Part shown: piece after piece, positions 33,871 to 41,800 of the stretch
How positions within the stretch are numbered: the first letter of the stretch is position 1
Layout: every line of letters starts with the position of its first letter
IMG/VR virus record: IMGVR_UViG_3300017912_001273
Coordinates: 32,102 to 96,101 of that record
Strand: one strand, 5' to 3'
DNA length: 64,000 bases
Origin: a virus
Lineage: Duplodnaviria > Caudoviricetes
Position numbers and translations under genes: made by a program
Notes under the pieces: model-generated
Told to the model about the DNA's origin: nothing
Seen by the model: only the letters and a program-made list of their open reading frames with translations
Databases searched by the model: none

Positions 33871-35496
33871 ATGGAATATAGTAAATACTATTGGCTAAAT
33901 GAAGATAGCCGTAAATTTTTATCAAGAGGATATATATCAGAGGAACCAGAACAAAGAATAAAAGACATAGCAAATACTGCAGAAAAATATTTGCATATGC
34001 CAGGCTTTGCACAAAAGTTTGAAGAGTACATGTCAAAGGGTTTCTATAGTTTATCTACACCAGTATGGATAAACTTTGGTAAACAAAAAGGTTTACCTAT
34101 TAGTTGTTATGGATCAAATATAGATGATAATCTAGATAGCATATTAAATGCTGGGCGTGAGATAGGTATGATGTCTAAGTATGGTGGTGGCACTAGTTGC
34201 TACCTAGGTAATATAAGACCTAGAGGATCTGTAATATCAACAGGAGGACATGCAGATGGACCTGTTCACTATGCTAGAATATATGATACAGTTGTTGATG
34301 TATGTAAACAATCTGAAGCAAGGCGTGGAGCGTGTGCTGCATACTTACCTTTAGAGCATCCAGATATCATGGAGTTCTTAGATATTGGTACTGAGGGAAA
34401 TCCAATACAAAACTTACAGTATGGTGTTACTGTAAGTAATAACTGGATGGAGCAGATGAGAGCTGGAGATAAAGATAAACGTAAGATATGGGCCAAAGTT
34501 ATTCAAAGAAGAAGTGAGTTTGGATTTCCATATATAATGTTTAAGGATAACTCCAATAATAACTCTCCTTATAAAGAGATAGGAATGGAGATCACTGCAT
34601 CTAATTTATGTTCTGAGATTCAGTTACCTACAGATACTTATAACTCTTTTGTTTGTTGTCTTGGTTCTATTAACCTATTACACTGGGATGAAATCATAAA
34701 GACTGATGCAATAGAAACTTATGTATTCTTCCTTAATGCTGTTATGGATGAATTCATTAAGAAGGCTGAAGTAAAAGCAGGCCTTAGAAGAGCTTATAAC
34801 TTTGCAAAGGATCATAGAGCAATTGGTTTAGGGGTGTTAGGATATCATAGTTTGTTTCAATCAAAGCTAATTGAGTTTGAATCTCTTGCAGCTAAGCAAT
34901 TAAACAATCATATATTTAAACACTTAAAAGAAACATCAGATGCTGCATCTAGATGGTTATATGAACATAGAGGTTACAGATCCTTACGTGAAGGTTTTGC
35001 AAACACTACACTAATGGCTATAGCACCCACTAAATCTAGTTCATTTATACATGGTGCTGTGTCAATGGGTATTGAGCCAATCAAGTCTAATTACTTTATC
35101 AAGGATCTTGCTAAGTCTAAAACTATATATAAGAATCCATTTTTAGAATGTGAGTTAGAAAAGTATGGTTTAAATAATAAGAAGACCTGGGATAGTATAT
35201 TAAAGAAAGATGGATCTGTACAGCATCTAGACTTTCCAACTAAAGCAGTCTTTAAGTCATTTGTAGAGATAACACCAAAAGAGTTAGTTCTTCAAGCGGC
35301 ACAAAGACAGAAGTATATTGATCAGTCACAGTCACTAAACTTAATGATACACCCATCAGTACCAGCAAAAGATATAAATGCTCTTTATATATATGCTTAT
35401 GAAGAAGGTGTAAAAACTTTGTACTATCAATTTAGTCAAAGCTCAGCTCAAGCATTCTCTAGAAATATATTGGATTGTGCAAGTTGTGAAGGTTAA
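33871..35496 (+). CDS. nrdA: Ribonucleotide reductase class I, alpha subunit (no ATP cone)
   Basis: PISC, SNLCSEI, CCLGSIN, AIAPT, GVKTLYY, C-terminal CASCEG. Confidence 0.95.
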   Translation: MEYSKYYWLNEDSRKFLSRGYISEEPEQRIKDIANTAEKYLHMPGFAQKFEEYMSKGFYSLSTPVWINFGKQKGLPISCYGSNIDDNLDSILNAGREIGMMSKYGGGTSCYLGNIRPRGSVISTGGHADGPVHYARIYDTVVDVCKQSEARRGACAAYLPLEHPDIMEFLDIGTEGNPIQNLQYGVTVSNNWMEQMRAGDKDKRKIWAKVIQRRSEFGFPYIMFKDNSNNNSPYKEIGMEITASNLCSEIQLPTDTYNSFVCCLGSINLLHWDEIIKTDAIETYVFFLNAVMDEFIKKAEVKAGLRRAYNFAKDHRAIGLGVLGYHSLFQSKLIEFESLAAKQLNNHIFKHLKETSDAASRWLYEHRGYRSLREGFANTTLMAIAPTKSSSFIHGAVSMGIEPIKSNYFIKDLAKSKTIYKNPFLECELEKYGLNNKKTWDSILKKDGSVQHLDFPTKAVFKSFVEITPKELVLQAAQRQKYIDQSQSLNLMIHPSVPAKDINALYIYAYEEGVKTLYYQFSQSSAQAFSRNILDCASCEG

Positions 35497-35900
35497 AGAC
35501 TTGCTCTATTAGGAGGGACAAGCGTTTGTTTCTTACCCCCGTGGTATACATATGCATGTCCTTCCTCTATTAAAGTTTTACACACGTCTATCTCTATACC
35601 CTGATCATTTAGTATAAAGATCTCTGCTAGCACTCTGCCATATTTGCCTGTGCCATAAGATCTAATTCGGAAGAACATTTTCTTTTCTGACACATCTGAT
35701 AGTAGTTCTTTAGTTCGTGCCTTAGCTGCTAAGCCTTTCTTCTTCTCTTCTAAGTCCTTCGTCCTACATTCCCATGTATCTAATCCGTGAAATCTAATTC
35801 TTTTTTTAACCCAGGTATCAAAACCTAAATCAATCATAGCGTCAACCGTATCACCGTCAACAACTCTGACTAACTTAGCTTTGTATATATATTTTTCCAT
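35493..35900 (-). CDS. SNase-like (thermonuclease) protein
   Basis: RVVDGDT, RIRFHGLDTWE, GKYGRVLA, EGHA. Confidence 0.88.
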   Translation of the reverse strand: MEKYIYKAKLVRVVDGDTVDAMIDLGFDTWVKKRIRFHGLDTWECRTKDLEEKKKGLAAKARTKELLSDVSEKKMFFRIRSYGTGKYGRVLAEIFILNDQGIEIDVCKTLIEEGHAYVYHGGKKQTLVPPNRASL

Positions 35901-35905
35901 GATTA

Positions 35906-36304
35906 TTAAAACTGGCTAGCTTTAGATAGTTCTTCTATATCTGATTGTAGCTCTTCTAATGTTACTGGGCACTCTAGATCCAGGCCAGCTTTGTAACTAA
36001 ATTCTTTGAATCCTTCTTTGAATACAATAATAGTAGGAGCCATTCTTACTTTATATTTTTTCTTAGCTCCAGGAGATTTAGCAATATCACACCTATAATA
36101 TTTAACTCCTTTAAGTTTATTCCAATCTGCAAATGCATTGTCTTTATTAAACTCTGCATAAAACTCTACAACTATAATATCTTGGTCTTCTCCAAATGCA
36201 CTTTTACCTGAAATTGCACTATCAAATCCATCATCTGTTACCCAATCTTGGGCTGATGCGGTTGTACCTACTAGTAATAATAGTATTAGTAGTACTTTTT
36301 TCAT
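35906..36304 (-). CDS. Secreted thioredoxin-fold protein lacking CxxC
   Basis: Signal peptide ending ASA-Q; VVEFYAEFN replaces FxAxWCxxC; KYKVRMAPTIIVFKEG cis-Pro motif. Confidence 0.7.
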   Translation of the reverse strand: MKKVLLILLLLVGTTASAQDWVTDDGFDSAISGKSAFGEDQDIIVVEFYAEFNKDNAFADWNKLKGVKYYRCDIAKSPGAKKKYKVRMAPTIIVFKEGFKEFSYKAGLDLECPVTLEELQSDIEELSKASQF

Positions 36305-36309
36305 GTCTT

Positions 36310-36600
36310 TTATTTAGTACTCAATTCATAAAGACGTTGCTCTACCTTCTCTAGTGTGCCTTTTATTTCCTCAACGTCTTCTTGAGTATTCATAATTGTT
36401 TCCCTAATTAGTTCATCTTTAAGATCATATTCCACTCTATCAATAGGTGGTTCTGGTTTTTCCATTGCTAATGCTATGTCTGCTTTTAAAGTAAACCACA
36501 TGGTAGCTAGGGTTATTGTAAAACCTATAATCATACCTATTGTTTTTAGATCTAAAGTAACTTTAGTTTGTTCTCCAATCTGAGGTGCGTTCTGTGCCAT
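36310..36600 (-). CDS. Single-TM membrane protein with coiled coil
   Basis: Hydrophobic helix IGMIIGFTITLATMWF, then heptad-rich C-terminus. Confidence 0.7.
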   Translation of the reverse strand: MAQNAPQIGEQTKVTLDLKTIGMIIGFTITLATMWFTLKADIALAMEKPEPPIDRVEYDLKDELIRETIMNTQEDVEEIKGTLEKVEQRLYELSTK

Positions 36601-36606
36601 TTCTAA

Positions 36607-36963
36607 TTATTTAGTTTTTTTAAATTCAAATTTTTCTCCAGTTATAGAAAGCTTATCTATTACTTCAGTTTGAAGATCTCTTAGTAGTTTTTCTAGTTTA
36701 TCTTTTTCTATAACCATTCCAGAAACTTTATCCTCTAATGCTTCATTCTTTGCTTTCAATGCTTCTACCTCTTCTGGGTTCTTACCTATAAAAGTGTATA
36801 TGACTACTGATAGTGAGCCAACAAGCATACCTACAATAACTTTAAATATATCATTATTAGTATCTGGTATTTCAAAAAAAGCTAAAAATAACAATAAGCC
36901 CATTACAAGTATAAATACTGTAGCAGCTCCTATATATCCTCTTAATTCTTTATCTTTTAACAT
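36607..36963 (-). CDS. Two-TM membrane protein with coiled coil
   Basis: Two hydrophobic helices followed by a long coiled coil. Confidence 0.7.
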   Translation of the reverse strand: MLKDKELRGYIGAATVFILVMGLLLFLAFFEIPDTNNDIFKVIVGMLVGSLSVVIYTFIGKNPEEVEALKAKNEALEDKVSGMVIEKDKLEKLLRDLQTEVIDKLSITGEKFEFKKTK

Positions 36964-36969
36964 AACTTA

Positions 36970-37530
36970 TTAATTTAATAAATATCCATATGGAGTTGAT
37001 TCAACATCTTGTCCAATTGGAAAATTTTCTAATCTTATTGATACAGTCATTGTTCTTTGTACATAAGGGTTATAAAATTCACCTTCAGCAGTTAAACAAA
37101 TTAATCCTGAATGTGGCCCTCCTAGTTGACCTGCATCTTGTACTATTACTTCATTCCAAACTACATACTCCTGATCCCCTGGTATTTCAACACCAGCATA
37201 CTTATTGTCTGGATTTTCCCAGGTATAAGTACCTACATCTAATAGTTCTCCATCATCATTTGCATCTGAATCCAAACAGTATAATGCAAAGTGTTGTCTA
37301 TCTAACCTAATTTCACCATCATCAATTTGCAGATACAAAATAAATATCTTCTTAAGAAATCCATCTACATATTTACTTCCTCCAAATGAATTTACTTTAG
37401 CATATCTTTCATATGGATCAAATGTTTCACCATCTAAAGTTATTTCAAACACTTGTTCTAATACAACCTCTTCTTCTTTTTCACAACCTAATAAAAAGAA
37501 AACAGATATAAGTAATAATAATTTTTTCAT
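36970..37530 (-). CDS. Lipoprotein
   Basis: Lipobox LLGC followed by acidic EKEEE. Confidence 0.75.
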   Translation of the reverse strand: MKKLLLLISVFFLLGCEKEEEVVLEQVFEITLDGETFDPYERYAKVNSFGGSKYVDGFLKKIFILYLQIDDGEIRLDRQHFALYCLDSDANDDGELLDVGTYTWENPDNKYAGVEIPGDQEYVVWNEVIVQDAGQLGGPHSGLICLTAEGEFYNPYVQRTMTVSIRLENFPIGQDVESTPYGYLLN

Positions 37531-37531
37531 T

Positions 37532-38773
37532 TTATTTAAATGTATAATTTATTCCTACACTACTCTGGTATAGTTCACTATCCCAAAATTTACCATATTC
37601 ACCTTCTATAAATAATCCAAAGTTTTTGCTGAGTCTCCAGCCAAAATTTATACCTAGATTATAATCATCCCATTGTTCTGGTTCTGAATCTTGTTTCAGA
37701 CCGCCTTTACCCCAATTATTTCTATTTAAATAGCTAAAGTCTTCATCACCCATAACATATTTATGATATGGTAATATATAATTAGCATATGCATGTAACC
37801 AGAAATTACTTTTATAATGATAGAAATCAAATCCCACAATAGGTGCAATCTCACCAAATGCATCAATGAGATCCCACTGTTCATTATTATATCTATTAAT
37901 TAAATCTCTAAACACAGTGTTTCTAAACTGTAGATCAGAGTATGCTACTATTTGGTCTTGTGGATTATACCAATACCAATCAAAGTTTTGTACCTCTTCT
38001 CCTGTATTAGGATTAATACTTGTTGACTGATAAGATACATCATAGAATCCATATTCATATCCTAAAGAATACCAAGGGTTAGCTGGGTACTCTATCACCT
38101 CTCCATCTGGAGTTGTAAATGTTTCAGTTTCATTTAACCAGATCTCAATTGGGTTATATCCATAAGCACGTTCATGAGTACGGAAGATTGTACCCGCAGA
38201 TATGCTAAACTTTTTACCTATTGGTAGTCTTAGTCTTACTTCTGCTGATTGATAGTTTAAGTTTATACTACCAACTTCTCTTGACTCAGCTTTAATTATA
38301 TGATGTTTACCTGTGTGTTTAATAAAGTATCTGTGGTTTTCAAAGTCCTCTCCACGTAATCTTTCTTTTTCAAAATGAAATTGATATTCTAATCCAGCTA
38401 GTGCTGAGCTAGGTGCAGTAAATGCTAATTGTTGTTCTGTTCCATCATACCAGTTTCTAGGCTTTCTTTCATAGTCAAACCTAGCTAGTTTTCTGATTCC
38501 AAATCCAACTCTATAATCAAAGTCATAGTATTCCGTTACATTAATTACTCTTGGGATGCCGTAAAGATCACCATCTGCTGGTCTCTCTACAAAAAAGTCT
38601 TGTCTGCTTGATTCATATGAACTACGTGCATCTCCTGCACCATAGATAGTTCCATACTGTAAGAAATCTTTATATAGTGCTTTGAAAAATTTACCCTTAT
38701 CTTCCTGTCCATAAGATAAGTTTGGTATGCACAATAAAAGTATAAGTACCAACAGACTTAAATAGTTTTTCAT
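37532..38773 (-). CDS. Putative outer-membrane beta-barrel protein
   Basis: Signal peptide; aromatic-rich alternating strands; C-terminal SVGINYTFK beta-signal-like. Confidence 0.7.
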   Translation of the reverse strand: MKNYLSLLVLILLLCIPNLSYGQEDKGKFFKALYKDFLQYGTIYGAGDARSSYESSRQDFFVERPADGDLYGIPRVINVTEYYDFDYRVGFGIRKLARFDYERKPRNWYDGTEQQLAFTAPSSALAGLEYQFHFEKERLRGEDFENHRYFIKHTGKHHIIKAESREVGSINLNYQSAEVRLRLPIGKKFSISAGTIFRTHERAYGYNPIEIWLNETETFTTPDGEVIEYPANPWYSLGYEYGFYDVSYQSTSINPNTGEEVQNFDWYWYNPQDQIVAYSDLQFRNTVFRDLINRYNNEQWDLIDAFGEIAPIVGFDFYHYKSNFWLHAYANYILPYHKYVMGDEDFSYLNRNNWGKGGLKQDSEPEQWDDYNLGINFGWRLSKNFGLFIEGEYGKFWDSELYQSSVGINYTFK

Positions 38774-38798
38774 ATTTAAAGTTTAATAATTAATTTAA

Positions 38799-38840
38799 AT
38801 TCTTGTTGGTCTATATAATAATATAACCATTCTTGTTGGT
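38799..38840. promoter_or_regulatory. 12-bp direct repeat flanking a promoter-like AT motif
   Basis: attcttgttggt at 38799-38810 and 38829-38840; the - strand between them reads GGTTATATTATTATATAG. Confidence 0.6.
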
Positions 38841-38880
38841 GTGTACAAATCTTTTTAATGAAAATTTGTCCTGTTTAAAC

Positions 38881-41800
38881 TTACTTAATAAAGAAATCTT
38901 CCATGTTTAAGTAAGCATCCCACTTCTGAATAGTATATAAAATAGGAACAGCATCTTTCCAGTTCTTGTAAACCTTGAGCTCTCCCTTTCTAGGCTTGTT
39001 CTGGTATACATACTCAGAGTTAGCATAGAAATCTTTTTCACTTTGTACCATGTATGCAAGAGGCGTCATTACAGTTAATGATAATGCCTCACCTATTTCA
39101 CCTAATGTTCTAGTAGAAGCTATAGGTGATTTTAACATTTGGAATTGTTGCTGTAACCCCGGAGGTAGTGGTGTAAACATAATAAGTTCTTTATATGTTC
39201 TATCCGCTTGATACTTGGCCATATTTTTAAATCTCTTAGTTACCTCATCATCATCATCTTCTCCTGCTAATATTGAGTTTAATATCTGACTCAGTAAGAA
39301 TACGGATGACATAATACCAATCTCACCCATAGTTCTGTAGAAACCAAACAATTTATTCTTTGCTCTCTGATCTCTGTTTCCTCCTTCACCCGTAAAGCCA
39401 TACTCTTTTAAGAAACCTTTACCATAACTACTCATCTGTAGGTTACCTTTAGATATTTCATTCTTCATATAAGATAAAAACTTAAGGAATGATATATATC
39501 TACCTTCCATCCATCCTAAGTTCTCATCAAAGTATTCTCTTTGGTATCTTGCTCTAATAGCTGGAGCAACCCACTTATGGAACTGAGCCGCAAGATTACC
39601 AATAGTTGTGCTTTGCATAACCATTCTATCTTCTCTTGCATAGTTACCATGTATTTGTTTGTTAACCTCTCTGATTTGATTTCTTAATTCATATCTAAAC
39701 TGATCTGTATACTCTACTTCAGTACCGTTCTTCTTAACAATAGTATCATATCCTTCTTTAAGAACATTCTTATGTGTTTTAGCATCATAATCAAATGCAT
39801 CATATAAAGATAAGGTCTCACCAGTTGTGCTATTTTTTATTGTAGTATCCATAAGAAGGGCCATACCCACCTTAGTTTGTACATTGTATTCTGCTGAATC
39901 CTGAAGAACATACCCCCATTCAGCAGCACGTGCAAACCAACTCTTTTCTCCTGTAGTTGAAGCAGACTGCTCTCGTATATCAGACATCTTATCCATCATT
40001 CTAAATAGATCTACAAATGCCTCATACTTACTGTTTGGTTTCTTTGGATCATAATCTGATTTATTTAGACCTGGTATAACACCTAATGTTGCTATGTCAG
40101 CAAGATCTGTAGTATTATAACTTGTTCTCTTTACTAGATCTGGTATTGCTCTCTTATTAAACTCTAAACTTGCTCTCATGAATGCAGCCTTACCAAAGAA
40201 TCTACCACCAAGGAGTTCTATATTATTGTTTATTCTACCAATAACATAGTTATTAAAGTTACCAAATGGGTTAAATGCAACATATGACAAAGAAGACAAC
40301 TGAATTAAGCCATCAGCAAGTTTATCAAAGAAGCCTTTAGATACAAGTTCATTGTCATAATAAACCATAGACATAAACTTCTTAGCTCTTCTTACAACAT
40401 TTGCTTCAACACCCTCTCCTTTTTTCTTACCAATTTTTTTGAATTGACCATCTAACCATTTACCTGTCTCTATAGAAGTATCAGCGGGAGTATACTCTCT
40501 ATTCTCTAATACTTTAATCATAGCATTAAGAGTATCTTCAATGGTACCCATAGTCTCATAGTTCTGTGCCATAGCACTAAACTTCAAAAGACTTGTAGTC
40601 ATATCAGTACTAATTTGACCTAGGGATGGTGTAGCTCTAAGTCTAGACATCTTACCATTAAGTATTGCTAGTTCTTTATCATACTTTTCTTTAACTATTC
40701 TGCCCTTTTTAAACTCTGCTTGTAGATTACTAATCTCTTTTTCTACAACTTCCATTTCACCGTCAACCTTTGGTCTACCTGTATAGAAGATAGGAAGAGT
40801 ACTAATCATATTACCATTCTCATCAGTTACAACACCCTTTTGTTGAGATGTTTGCTTAAACATATTCCATGCATTACTACCAATAGTCTTAGCATATAGT
40901 TTAGTAACTAGATTTGGTTTGCCTTTAAGATCATCAATAACATTATTTTTAACTAAAGGTACACGTCCAAGCATCTGTGTTCTTACACCCACTGGTAGTT
41001 TATTAAGTAAATCATTCTCATATAAGTCTATAAATAACTCATAGAATTCTTTTTTAGCTTGACCTAATGCATCTGTAGGAGTCATAATCTCTACATACTT
41101 TGCATTACGCATATCTTGGCCTTTACTAGTTATTTCTCTTGCTTCTCTATATTCAGGCTTTGGAGATCTAAATGTTTGATCTTTTACTATAGCACCAGTA
41201 GGTTGACCATTTACTCTAACTGCTTTTGTGTATCCAATAAAGTCATAGTACTTTGCTTCATAAATTGCATAGTCTCTATCTGATATTCTAGGCTTTCTAT
41301 ACCAAGTACCATGTGGACTAGCCTCACTACCAGGAACCCAGAACTCAAACTTATCTCTTTCAGCCTTGAATTCATCTGTATATCTATGATATTCTCCGTC
41401 AGCAAGATCACCATTCTCATCTTTAGTCTCTGCTCTAAAAAATTCTGATAGTCTGCTTTTCTTTTCAGCTAATGCTTTATTGTATTTTATATCTTCTTCA
41501 CTTGCCTCATCAAGATTCTTTATATCTCTATACTCATAAGGATGTCCATCATTATCATATAACTCATTTCTTAGTTCCTGTTGTAGATTATAATACTGCT
41601 GTCCTATTTTTTGTGTATAGAACCCAGTAAAGTTTCCTTCTGAATCTCTCTCAAGCATAAAATCATAAAGCTTTTCAACATCACTCTCTGATGATAGTTT
41701 TAAAAGCTTTGCTCCAGCTGCTCTAATTAGTGCTTCTCTGTCACCAATCCTGTCAAGTAATTCTTGTTTCTTTGCCTTATAAATCTTATCCATTAGTGCA

